DNA of 64,000 bases from Bacilli bacterium (lineage in GTDB: Bacteria > Bacillota_I > Bacilli_A > RFN20 > CAG-826): the NCBI GenBank assembly GCA_036649855.1, contig JAVWAV010000002.1, positions 3,186 through 67,185 on the forward strand, read 5' to 3'. The notes under the pieces were generated by a model. It made no database searches, was not told the DNA's origin, and saw nothing but the letters and a program-made list of their open reading frames with translations. The translations under genes were made by a program, and so were the position numbers. Shown in pieces: positions 48,797 through 58,519 of the stretch (position 1 is the first letter of the stretch; every line of letters starts with the position of its first letter).

Positions 48797-49810
48797 TTAA
48801 AGCGAATTTACTGTTGTGTCTTGTTTTATAAATTCTGGAATAAATACCATTACTTTATTTGATAATTTACCTTCAAATAAGGAAACTAGCATTGTAACTG
48901 CACATTTACCAACTTCGGAGAAGTTGATAAATAAAGTTGAAATATTAGGTCGAATAATATGGCTATATTTTGTTCCAACAAGTGAAATAACTTCAACATC
49001 TTCAGGAATTCTTAACCCACTATCAAGAGCAGCGTTAATTATTGAAGCGGAAATTGAATCACGATAAGCAATAAAATAACCAGTTTTATGAGTCGTAAAA
49101 TATGTTTTAAATTCTTCATAAGTATGAATATAGGAATCATCGCAATTAACAACATCGTATTCTTTAAGTAAAGCTTGATGCGTTTCTATAAATGTTCTTT
49201 CAACTCTATTAACAAGACGACCACCATTTAATATATGAACAAATGTCATCTTTTTGCCATTCTTTTCAGCGTTTTCTTTAATAATTTGTTCAAGAACTTC
49301 TTGATGATTAAACACCACGCATCCAACTTGATCTCCCGTTACTTTATGGTTAATAACAATAACAGGAACACTATAATCATTTATACTTCTAATATCTTCG
49401 CTTGATAATTCATCATCAAATACAATTGCTCCGTCAACATGTGCTTTAATAACTTCTTCAATAACATCTCTTGCATCGCTATTTGAATGCGATGTAAAAA
49501 ATAACATAACATTATATCCATGTTGTCTTGCTACGAGTTGAATACCATTTATAAAATTAGAAATATAAACATAGTTTGCACTTGGAACAACAACAGCAAT
49601 TGTTGTAGATTTCGAAGTAGCAAGACCCTGAGCAAGCCCACTTGGTTTATATCCTAAACGTTTAATTACGGCTTGGACTTTATCTTTTGTAACTTTTGAA
49701 ACAGAAGCAGAACCATTCATAACACGAGAAACAGTTGCTAAAGAAACGCCGCTTAATCTTGCGACTTCATAAATAGTAACACGATCTTTTTTTCCACTAT
49801 CTTGGTTCAT
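48797..49810 (-). CDS. LacI-family transcriptional regulator (CcpA-like by position next to tyrS)
   Basis: N-terminal HTH VTIYEVARLSGVSLATVSRVMNG plus a periplasmic-binding-like sugar domain. The ATG at 49810 has AAGAGGA upstream; the track start 49834 is less supported. Confidence 0.75.
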   Translation of the reverse strand: MNQDSGKKDRVTIYEVARLSGVSLATVSRVMNGSASVSKVTKDKVQAVIKRLGYKPSGLAQGLATSKSTTIAVVVPSANYVYISNFINGIQLVARQHGYNVMLFFTSHSNSDARDVIEEVIKAHVDGAIVFDDELSSEDIRSINDYSVPVIVINHKVTGDQVGCVVFNHQEVLEQIIKENAEKNGKKMTFVHILNGGRLVNRVERTFIETHQALLKEYDVVNCDDSYIHTYEEFKTYFTTHKTGYFIAYRDSISASIINAALDSGLRIPEDVEVISLVGTKYSHIIRPNISTLFINFSEVGKCAVTMLVSLFEGKLSNKVMVFIPEFIKQDTTVNSL

Positions 49811-49848
49811 TTTCTTTCCTCTTATAAGTATCATACCATAATAAAAAA

Positions 49849-49877
49849 ATTATGAAAATATTTTCATAATTTTTTTA
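49849..49877. terminator. Perfect 22-bp AT-rich palindrome flanked by A7/T7 (bidirectional terminator or operator)
   Basis: ATTATGAAAATATTTTCATAAT (49849-49870), with AAAAAAA before and TTTTTTT after. Confidence 0.45.
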
Positions 49878-49895
49878 TTATCTGCGATTTTTACA

Positions 49896-50498
49896 TCATT
49901 TTTGGAAGAAATCAGCTCCAATTTGGTAAGTATCATCAAGTAAAAGAAGCCCTCTTTTATCTTGTTCTTTTGTTAAGTTAAGTTCACGTTCTGAGCAACA
50001 CATTCCGTTTGATGTTATTCCTAGTAATTTTCCAGGTTTAATTTCTGTTCCATCAAACATAACAGTTCCACTTGTAGCTACTACCACAACTGCCCCATTA
50101 GAAACGTTACTAGCGCCACAAACTATATCAAGTACTTCATTGCCAACATCTACTTTTAAGACGTGTAGATGGTCGCTTTCTTCATGAGTTTCGCAACTTA
50201 TTATCTTTCCTATTTTAAATCCGCTTTCTTCTTTATAAGCTAATGGTTCTAATTTATTTTGAACTAAAACTGAATTTATGACATCGATAAATTGATTAGC
50301 AGGAAGTGGAATTAGTCCATCAGCATGTATTTTAACAGTTGAAGAAATATTAAATATATTAATTCCAATTAAGCGATCGTCTTTATAAATTCTAACAATA
50401 TTGTTATCAGCTTCTTTTCTATTTGGAATGCTTTCGTTTTCAAAACTAATTAATAAAACATCTCCAATTACGTTTTTGTTGTAAAATAAGGAATACAT
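49896..50498 (-). CDS. tRNA-binding (EMAP/CsaA/YtpR-like) domain protein
   Basis: 200 aa. The C-terminal half carries HEESDHLHVLKVDVG, which is paralogous to the pheT N-terminal tRNA-binding domain in this window. Confidence 0.6.
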   Translation of the reverse strand: MYSLFYNKNVIGDVLLISFENESIPNRKEADNNIVRIYKDDRLIGINIFNISSTVKIHADGLIPLPANQFIDVINSVLVQNKLEPLAYKEESGFKIGKIISCETHEESDHLHVLKVDVGNEVLDIVCGASNVSNGAVVVVATSGTVMFDGTEIKPGKLLGITSNGMCCSERELNLTKEQDKRGLLLLDDTYQIGADFFQK

Positions 50499-51572
50499 TT
50501 ATTTTTCTCCTTTTAAATCTACTAATTTACTACTAGTTAAGTACTTTAACATGTATTTTAAGCTCTTTTTTGCATCAAGATAATCACTTTGGGCCATAAT
50601 TGTTGATTGTGTGTGAATTGCTCTTGCACAGATACAATGATTTAATGTTGGAATTCCATCAAGATTTTTATGAATTACTCCGGCATCTGTTCCACCCATT
50701 GTGGTAAAAAATTGATATTTAGCTTTAGATTTTTTTGCGCATTCTATTTGAAAATCAATTAAAGATTTAAATGAAATCATTGCACGATCCACTACTCTAA
50801 TTAATAAACCTTTGCCAATCTCGCCATTACCAGCATTAGCATATTTTAAATCAGAAGAACAATCTAAAACAATTGCTAAATCAGGTGCTATTAAATAAGA
50901 AGCAGTTTGAGCTCCTCTTAATCCAACTTCTTCTTGAACACTGCCACCCATATATAAATCATAATCTAATTCTATATCTTTTAATTCGTACAATAATTCA
51001 ATAATTAAACAAATTCCATATCTATCATCAATTGCTTTACCAATTAATTTATCATTAGTTGTCTCAATAGTTGGTGAATCGAAACAAATCATATCACCTA
51101 GTTTAATGCCAGCTTCTTCAACTTCTTCTTTTGAATTAAAACCAAAATCAAAACAAATATTATTAATGTTTAAATCGTCAAATCCTTTTCTTTTCGAAGA
51201 TAAAGGCAAAACCGCACCAACATATCTAGTATCATTTCTTGTTGTTAAAACAACACGATTACAAATCATTACATTTGGATCTACTCCGCCAATAACAACT
51301 CCATATATTAATCCATTATTTTCAACAATATTTACCATAAAACCAACTTCATCCATATGAGCAACAACCATTACTTTTTTAGCATTAGGATTTTTGCTCT
51401 TTTTAAAAGCAAAAATCGAACCTAAATTATCAGTAACTCTTGTATAATTTAGCTCTTTAATAACAGCATTCAACTCTCTTGCAATTACATTTTCCTTGCC
51501 ACTAATTGCGTTTAGTTGAGTGAATTTTTGAAATAATTTTATTTGTTTAGCATTTAATTTATTTTGTTCCAT
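50499..51572 (-). CDS. M42-family peptidase (second paralog, YtoP-like)
   Basis: 357 aa with HMDEVGF, DDR, EEVG metal-ligand motifs. Confidence 0.75.
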   Translation of the reverse strand: MEQNKLNAKQIKLFQKFTQLNAISGKENVIARELNAVIKELNYTRVTDNLGSIFAFKKSKNPNAKKVMVVAHMDEVGFMVNIVENNGLIYGVVIGGVDPNVMICNRVVLTTRNDTRYVGAVLPLSSKRKGFDDLNINNICFDFGFNSKEEVEEAGIKLGDMICFDSPTIETTNDKLIGKAIDDRYGICLIIELLYELKDIELDYDLYMGGSVQEEVGLRGAQTASYLIAPDLAIVLDCSSDLKYANAGNGEIGKGLLIRVVDRAMISFKSLIDFQIECAKKSKAKYQFFTTMGGTDAGVIHKNLDGIPTLNHCICARAIHTQSTIMAQSDYLDAKKSLKYMLKYLTSSKLVDLKGEK

Positions 51573-52203
51573 TATATTTTGCCTTCAATCTTTTAATTTT
51601 TACGCCTTGAGAAATAAAATTCAATTGATAGTCTGTAAAAGCATCAAATGAATCGTTTCCTTTATAATCATCTTCGCAATCACTGATTAACCAATCATTA
51701 TTTATAAGCTCTTCTTTACTAAATGCAAATAAATCATCATTATCTGTTTTAAAAATAAGTTGTGCATCATCTTTTAATATATTTTTGTAAACATCTAAAA
51801 AAAGTTTAGAAGTTAATCTTCTTTTGGTATGACGAAGTTTTGGCCATGGATCTGGATGATTTAGAAAAATACCACAAATAGAACTTTTTTTAATGAGTGG
51901 AAAAATGTCAAAAACATCACTTGATATAATAAACACGTTTGTTAATTTCGAATTAAAAACTTTTTTAGCAAATATTCCTGCTATTGTTTGACATTTTTCA
52001 ATGCATAAAAAATTATATTGAGGAAATTTTTCGGCCAAGGAAATCATAAAAGATCCTTTTCCAGGTCCAATTTCAAGATATAGGTTGTCTAATAGCAGAA
52101 AGTTTTTCAATTTTTCAGATGTTGAAATATAGTCTTCATCAATAATTATATCTTGATGAGCATCAATAAAAGGCTTTACCCATGTTTTAAAATGTGTTCT
52201 CAT
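51559..52203 (-). CDS. trmB: tRNA (guanine46-N7)-methyltransferase
   Basis: 214 aa with HPDPWPKLRHTKRRL signature and SAM motif EIGPGKG. Confidence 0.8.
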   Translation of the reverse strand: MRTHFKTWVKPFIDAHQDIIIDEDYISTSEKLKNFLLLDNLYLEIGPGKGSFMISLAEKFPQYNFLCIEKCQTIAGIFAKKVFNSKLTNVFIISSDVFDIFPLIKKSSICGIFLNHPDPWPKLRHTKRRLTSKLFLDVYKNILKDDAQLIFKTDNDDLFAFSKEELINNDWLISDCEDDYKGNDSFDAFTDYQLNFISQGVKIKRLKAKYNGTK

Positions 52204-53552
52204 CTTTTCATTTTGCCTAAATCATAAATTCCACGAGCGTAAATATACATAGATTTATAAAAATCTTCTAAATTTATTTTTTCATCAACGTCGTGAATAT
52301 TATCTACTCTGCCTGGAAATGCTGAACCAAAAGCTAAAATATTCTTAGCTTCTTTTGCATATGTTCCTCCACCAATTGTTTTAATAGGATTTTTATAATC
52401 TCCAGTTTCTTCTTGATAGGCTTTAAATAGAGTTTGGACCATAATATCATCTGGTTCAAAATATAAAACTTTCGAAATATCACCAACAAAAATTGGTAAT
52501 GGTGATTTTTGTTGAATCTTTTCTATGACATTTTTAGCATTCACAGTTTCTGGAAATCTAAAATTTATAATCATTTCTAAAATCTTTCCATTGTAATTAA
52601 TTATTCCAGCGTTATATGTTGTTTCGCCTAAATTTTTAGATGAATAAAATTCATTTAAAAATTTACCATCTCCGTCTAAATATTGATTTGCTAAAAGAGT
52701 TAGAACATCGTTTTTATAGAAATCACCTAAACAACTTAATGCAATAAGACCGGCATTAATTCCGTTTTGTGGTAATGAACCATGAGCAGCTTTGCCAATA
52801 AAGGAAATAACATTATCTTTAACTTCAAATTTTACTTTCTTTTCATTAAGATAAGCAACAAAATCTTCAGTATTTCTAACTACAACATCAGCACGTGGAA
52901 TAACAATATTTGGAGCATCTCCTGCTTTAATACTAATAATTTCAGTTCCAAGATCGATTTTTCCTCTAAGAGTGTAATTTGTAATTCCTTTTTCACCATA
53001 TATTAATGGAAAATCTCCATCAGGAGTAAATCCACAATCAACATGTGATTTTTTAGCAACATTAAAATAGTATTCTAAACAAGATGAACCTCTTTCTTCA
53101 TCTCCCCCTGCTACAATACGTACTTTATAATCATCAATTAATCCGTTTTGATATAATGCAATTACAGCAAAAAATGAAGCTATTAATGGTCCTTTATCAT
53201 CTGACGTTCCACGACCAAATATTTTTCCATCAGCAGAAGTAGCGCTAAATGGTGGGAATCTCCAAACACCACTAACAGGTACAACGTCTAAATGACCAAA
53301 GATGCCTACTTCTTGTCCACTATTACCAAACATAATTTCAATTGCTCTTCCACCAACAATATTTGCCTTTAATCCATACTTACTAGCAATATTTTTCATA
53401 AAAGTAAGAGCGGTATTAACGCCAATTCCATAAGGCATTTCAGCAGAAGACGTATGTTCATCGTAAACACTATTTATTTTCACTAAATCACACATTGTTT
53501 CCAGTGCTTCCTTTTCATAAGGTTTAACTAATTTTTTAAAATCGATATCCAT
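52200..53552 (-). CDS. pepV: M20-family dipeptidase (PepV-like)
   Basis: 450 aa with GHLDVVP, RGTSDDKG, GGDEE motifs. Confidence 0.7.
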   Translation of the reverse strand: MDIDFKKLVKPYEKEALETMCDLVKINSVYDEHTSSAEMPYGIGVNTALTFMKNIASKYGLKANIVGGRAIEIMFGNSGQEVGIFGHLDVVPVSGVWRFPPFSATSADGKIFGRGTSDDKGPLIASFFAVIALYQNGLIDDYKVRIVAGGDEERGSSCLEYYFNVAKKSHVDCGFTPDGDFPLIYGEKGITNYTLRGKIDLGTEIISIKAGDAPNIVIPRADVVVRNTEDFVAYLNEKKVKFEVKDNVISFIGKAAHGSLPQNGINAGLIALSCLGDFYKNDVLTLLANQYLDGDGKFLNEFYSSKNLGETTYNAGIINYNGKILEMIINFRFPETVNAKNVIEKIQQKSPLPIFVGDISKVLYFEPDDIMVQTLFKAYQEETGDYKNPIKTIGGGTYAKEAKNILAFGSAFPGRVDNIHDVDEKINLEDFYKSMYIYARGIYDLGKMKR

Positions 53553-53623
53553 AACATTCTCCTTTTTCGTTAAAAATCTTTAATAATAAGAAAAAAATAT
53601 TTTCTTATATAATAATATAGCAG

Positions 53624-55771
53624 TTATTTTTCAACTTGTTTAATAGAAAGACCAATTTTTTTCTTTTCAACATCTACTGAAATAACTTTTACTTTAACAA
53701 CATCGTTAATTTGAAGCACTTCATTAGGATGTCTAATAAATTTATTAGTAATTTGGCTGATATGAACAAGTCCATCTTGATGGACGTTAATATCGACAAA
53801 TGCGCCAAAATCCGTAATATTATGAACAACTCCTGTTAATATCATACCAACTTTAAGACTTTTAATATCTTTTGCTTCACTACTAAGTTCAACCACTTCT
53901 GCTTCATCTCTAATATCGTGGCCTGGTTTAATAAGTTCACGTAAAATATCATCAATTGTTTCAGTATATTCTTTAAGATTTTTCTTAAAAAAATCAGAAT
54001 CATATAAATTAGCAATCTTATCTTGATTTTCTTTTACTAATATATCGCTTGGTTTCATACCAATTAGCTCTAAAATACTTTCGGCTAATTTATATGATTC
54101 CGGATGAACTCCGGTATTATCAAATGGATTTTTACTTTCAGGAATGCGAAGAAATCCTGCACATAATTGAAAGGCTTTTGGTCCAAGTTTAGGAACTTTA
54201 GTTAATTCACTTCTTGATTTAAAAGTAACATGTTCAACTCGATAATCAATAATGTTATTAGCAAGAGTTTCACTAATTCCTGATATATATTTAAGAATTT
54301 CTTTTGAAGCATTATTAATATTTACTCCAACATTGTTAACACAAACTCCAATTACTTCTTTTAAGGCAAAATCTAGTTTTCCTTGGTTCATATCATGTTG
54401 ATATTGACCGACTCCAATAGCTTTTGGATCAATTTTAACTAATTCACTGAGTGGATCTTGTAAACGGCGAGCAAGTGAAATTGCACTACGCTTTTCGACC
54501 GTTAAATCAGGATATTCTTTTTGTGCTAATTCACTTGCGCTATAAACGGAAGCTCCTGATTCATTAACCATCGAAATCTTAACATTAAGTTTATAATCCT
54601 TAATCATTTTAGACAAAACTTCTTCAGATTCACGTGATGCAGTTCCGTTTCCAAGGGCAATATAGGAAACATTATATTTAATAATAGCTTCTGCTACTTT
54701 TGCTATACCTAATTCTATTTGATTTTCACTAGCAGAAGTAACATAAACTACATCGACCATTTTCATATCACCATGTTCATTAACAACACATATTTTACAT
54801 CCAGTTCTAAATCCTGGATCAAATCCTAATACAACTTTATTTCTTAATGGTGGATATAAAAGTAATTGTTTTAAATTTTGTTCAAAAACAATAATAGAAG
54901 CATCTTCTGCTCTTGTAAATAAATCACTTCTTATTTCAGTTTCAACTGAAGGTAAAATTAAACGTTTTAATGAATCTGCGATTACTTCTTCAATAATTGC
55001 AGTATAAACATCGTTTTTAACGATGTTTATTTCAATAAAACGGGCAATTGTATCAATATCATATTCAAGTTTTACCTTTAAACATTTTAATGCTTCACCA
55101 CGTGATAATGCTAAAATTCTAAAGTTTGGAATTCTAGAAATTGGTTCGCGATACTCCTTATAATTTGCAAAAGTATCTTTTTCATCCTTGATTAATTCTG
55201 TTGAAGATATATTTCCAGTTCTTAAAATTAAACCTTTAATGTATCGTCTATATTCAGGATCATCCGAAATCATTTCAGCAATGATATCTTTTGCTCCGGA
55301 TAAGGCGTCTTTAGCGGTTAAAACCTTCTTTTCTTCATTAATAAAAGTAGAAACATATTCATCAAAATTTTCGACAACTTCCCCATTAAATATTACTAAT
55401 GCCAAAGGTTTTAACCCTTTTTCAATAGCAATACTAGCACGAGTTTTTTTCTTTGGCTTAAATGGACGATAGATATCTTCTAATTCAGTAAGTTTTCTAG
55501 CTTCTTCTATTTCTGCTTTTAAGGCATCAGTTAAAACACCTTGTTCTTCAAGAGACTTTAAAATAGTATTTGCACGGTCGTTAACACTACGATAATAATT
55601 GAGTTTTTTCTCAAGTTCACGTAAATCATCATCGGTTAAAGAACCTGTAACTTCTTTACGATAACGTGCAATAAATGGAACTGTATCTCCATTATCAAGT
55701 AAGGTTACAGCGGCTATAATCTTTTTTTCTTCAAGATTTAGTTCTTCACTAATAATTTTATTAATATTCAT
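53624..55771 (-). CDS. tex: Transcription accessory protein Tex
   Basis: 715 aa with HhH/YqgF region, N-terminal FIARYRKEVTG and a C-terminal S1 domain. Confidence 0.9.
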   Translation of the reverse strand: MNINKIISEELNLEEKKIIAAVTLLDNGDTVPFIARYRKEVTGSLTDDDLRELEKKLNYYRSVNDRANTILKSLEEQGVLTDALKAEIEEARKLTELEDIYRPFKPKKKTRASIAIEKGLKPLALVIFNGEVVENFDEYVSTFINEEKKVLTAKDALSGAKDIIAEMISDDPEYRRYIKGLILRTGNISSTELIKDEKDTFANYKEYREPISRIPNFRILALSRGEALKCLKVKLEYDIDTIARFIEINIVKNDVYTAIIEEVIADSLKRLILPSVETEIRSDLFTRAEDASIIVFEQNLKQLLLYPPLRNKVVLGFDPGFRTGCKICVVNEHGDMKMVDVVYVTSASENQIELGIAKVAEAIIKYNVSYIALGNGTASRESEEVLSKMIKDYKLNVKISMVNESGASVYSASELAQKEYPDLTVEKRSAISLARRLQDPLSELVKIDPKAIGVGQYQHDMNQGKLDFALKEVIGVCVNNVGVNINNASKEILKYISGISETLANNIIDYRVEHVTFKSRSELTKVPKLGPKAFQLCAGFLRIPESKNPFDNTGVHPESYKLAESILELIGMKPSDILVKENQDKIANLYDSDFFKKNLKEYTETIDDILRELIKPGHDIRDEAEVVELSSEAKDIKSLKVGMILTGVVHNITDFGAFVDINVHQDGLVHISQITNKFIRHPNEVLQINDVVKVKVISVDVEKKKIGLSIKQVEK

Positions 55772-55773
55772 AG

Positions 55774-58176
55774 TTATTTAATAACAATGTTAACTATTTT
55801 ATTTGGAACATAAATAAATTTAACTAATGTTTTTCCTTCAATTTGTTTTTGTATATTTTCAAGTGATAAAGCTTTGGCTTTTACCGATTCTAGAGCTTCA
55901 TCAACATCAACTTCAATTGTTCCTCTTAATTTTCCTAAAACTTGGACTCCAATTGTCAGTTTTGATAAAACAGTTTTAGTTTCATCAAATTTAGGCCAAG
56001 GAGCATAAGTTATTAAATCTTTATGGCCCAAAATAGACCAAATTTCTTCACCAATAAATGGACAAATACATGAGAACATATTAACGAATTGTTCCATATA
56101 AGGGCGATATAATGATTGAGCTTTATAAACTTCGTTAATAAATATCATCATTTGGGAAATTGCAGTATTAAATTGTAAGGTTTCAAAATCTTCCGTTATT
56201 TTTTTAACACTAGTATTAAAGATAAAGTCCAAACTTCCATCGTTTGTATTGCTAAATTTACTGGTATAAATATCTTCCGTAAATAACTTATAAACTCTTG
56301 TAATAAATTTATTTGCACCTTCAAGTCCATCATTACTCCATGGTAAAGCAGCTTCAAGTGGTCCCATAAACATTTCGTATAAACGTAATGTATCCGCACC
56401 ATATTCTTTAACAATTAAATCAGGATTAATAACATTTCCTCTTGATTTTGACATTTTTTCACCATTTTCACCCAAAATCATCCCTTGATGAAAGAGCTTT
56501 TTAAAAGGTTCAGAAGTACTAACTGCTCCAATATCATATAAAAATTTATGCCAAAATCTTGCATATAATAAATGTAAAACAGCGTGTTCAGCTCCACCAA
56601 TATATAAATCAACTGGTAACCAATGATCTAGTAATTTTTTATCTCCAATTGCATTATCATTAGTTGGATCAATATATCTTATATAATACCAACATGATCC
56701 TGCCCATTGTGGCATGGTGTTTGTTTCACGAACACCAACTTCTCCATCCATTTTAACGTTAAGCCAGTCTTCTCCAGCATTAACTAATGGTGATTCTCCT
56801 GTTCCACTAGGTTTATATTCATCTAGTTCAGGTAAAATTAATGGTAATGATTTAAGTGGAAGCGGTTTTATTTCTCCGTTAGCAAATAAAACCGCTGGAA
56901 TTGGTTCGCCCCAATATCTTTGACGTGAAAATAACCAGTCTCTTAGTTTAAAGTTGACTTTTTCTTTTCCTTTGCCACTTGAAATTAATTGAGCAAGAAT
57001 AACTTTTTTTGCCTCTTCAATATTCATGCCGTTTGCAATATCACTATTAATATGTGGAGCATCTTTTTCCATTGCTTCACTGCTAACATCACCTTCAAGA
57101 ACTTGAATAATTGGCAAAGAATACTTTTTGGCAAAAGCATAATCTCTACTGTCATGTGCTGGAACGGCCATAACAGCGCCACTTCCATAACTTGCAAGAA
57201 CATAATCACCAATATAAATAGGAATAATTTTTCCATTAATTGGATTAATAGCATAAGCTCCGGTAAATACACCAGTTTTATCTTTATTAAGTTCTGTACG
57301 ATCTAAATCATTTTTTCTTGCTGAAATATTTATATACTCTTCAACATCTTTTATATGTTCTTGAGTTGTTATTTTTTTAACTAATTCATGTTCTGGAGCA
57401 AGCACAACATAGGTAGCACCATACAACGTATCAACGCGAGTAGTAAAAACATCAAAACTAAATTTTGTGTCTTTTATTTCAAATGTAACTTCAGCTCCAA
57501 TTGATTTTCCAATCCAATTCTTTTGCATTTCTATTGTTGAAGTTGGCCAATCAAGTCCATCAAGTCCATCTAATAATTTATCAGCGTAAGATGTAATTCT
57601 TAAAACCCATTGTCTCATTTGTTTTCTAACAACTGGGAAACCACCTCTTTCAGATTTGCCATCAATTACTTCTTCATTTGCTAATACGGTGCCCAACTCA
57701 GGACAAAAATTAACTGGTTTATTATCAACATATGCTAAATTTTTCTTATATAATTCCGTAAAAATCCATTGTGTCCACTTATAATATTTTGGATCCGTGG
57801 TAGATATTTCTCTATCCCAATCGTATGAAAACCCTAAGTCTTTAATTTGACGTCTAAAGTTTTCAATATTTTTCTTCGTAAATAATTCTGGATGTTCATT
57901 CATTTTAATTGCATATTGTTCAGCAGGTAATCCAAATGCATCCCAACCGATTGGATGGAGAACATTAAAACCTTGCATTCTTTTCATTCTTGCAACAATA
58001 TCTGTAGCAGTATATCCTTCTGGATGCCCAACATGTAGTCCTTGAGCTGATGGATATGGAAACATGTCTAGCACGTAATATTTAGGTTTTGAAAAATCAT
58101 ATACATTACAAGCATATGGCTTTTTTTCCTCATAAATTTCTTTCCATTTGTTTTCGATTTCAATGTGATTATACAT
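55774..58176 (-). CDS. leuS: Leucyl-tRNA synthetase
   Basis: 800 aa with HVGHPEGY (HIGH) and KMSKS motifs. Confidence 0.95.
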   Translation of the reverse strand: MYNHIEIENKWKEIYEEKKPYACNVYDFSKPKYYVLDMFPYPSAQGLHVGHPEGYTATDIVARMKRMQGFNVLHPIGWDAFGLPAEQYAIKMNEHPELFTKKNIENFRRQIKDLGFSYDWDREISTTDPKYYKWTQWIFTELYKKNLAYVDNKPVNFCPELGTVLANEEVIDGKSERGGFPVVRKQMRQWVLRITSYADKLLDGLDGLDWPTSTIEMQKNWIGKSIGAEVTFEIKDTKFSFDVFTTRVDTLYGATYVVLAPEHELVKKITTQEHIKDVEEYINISARKNDLDRTELNKDKTGVFTGAYAINPINGKIIPIYIGDYVLASYGSGAVMAVPAHDSRDYAFAKKYSLPIIQVLEGDVSSEAMEKDAPHINSDIANGMNIEEAKKVILAQLISSGKGKEKVNFKLRDWLFSRQRYWGEPIPAVLFANGEIKPLPLKSLPLILPELDEYKPSGTGESPLVNAGEDWLNVKMDGEVGVRETNTMPQWAGSCWYYIRYIDPTNDNAIGDKKLLDHWLPVDLYIGGAEHAVLHLLYARFWHKFLYDIGAVSTSEPFKKLFHQGMILGENGEKMSKSRGNVINPDLIVKEYGADTLRLYEMFMGPLEAALPWSNDGLEGANKFITRVYKLFTEDIYTSKFSNTNDGSLDFIFNTSVKKITEDFETLQFNTAISQMMIFINEVYKAQSLYRPYMEQFVNMFSCICPFIGEEIWSILGHKDLITYAPWPKFDETKTVLSKLTIGVQVLGKLRGTIEVDVDEALESVKAKALSLENIQKQIEGKTLVKFIYVPNKIVNIVIK

Positions 58177-58184
58177 ATTATTTC

Positions 58185-58420
58185 TCCTTTAAAATAAAAA
58201 AACGCCTACTATAAGGACGTTCTTAACGCGGTACCACCTTATTTTATTTACTATTGTAAATACTCTTAATAAGCTTATTAACGCTAAGCACGGTTAAGCA
58301 TTGAACTGAGATTTAAATATCAATGTTTGTTTTCATCACCCACAAACTTTCTATTTTTTATTAATATTTAATTATTGTTCCTAACGTTATTATTATAGTA
58401 ATAAATTACCTTATTTTCAA
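58185..58420 (-). promoter_or_regulatory. leuS promoter plus T-box leader (Leu, specifier CUC)
   Basis: Promoter TTGAAA(58415-20) -17- TATAAT(58392-97) on the minus strand. AG-box/GGTGATGAAAAC, specifier CUC-A (plus 58308-10), T-box core AAGGTGGTACCGCG (plus 58227-42), then terminator plus U7. Confidence 0.7.
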
Positions 58421-58478
58421 CAAAAAGGGTGCATTAATCAAAATTACTTAGTTGTTCTTCCTTTCTTTACTTTAAAAA

Positions 58479-58508
58479 GAAAACTACTAATTCAAATTAG
58501 TAGTTTTC
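58479..58508 (-). terminator. Intrinsic terminator after the SMC-like operon (13-bp perfect stem)
   Basis: GAAAACTACTAAT tcaa ATTAGTAGTTTTC, followed on the minus strand by TTTTTAAAG. Confidence 0.6.
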
Positions 58509-58519
58509 TAGTAGTTATT

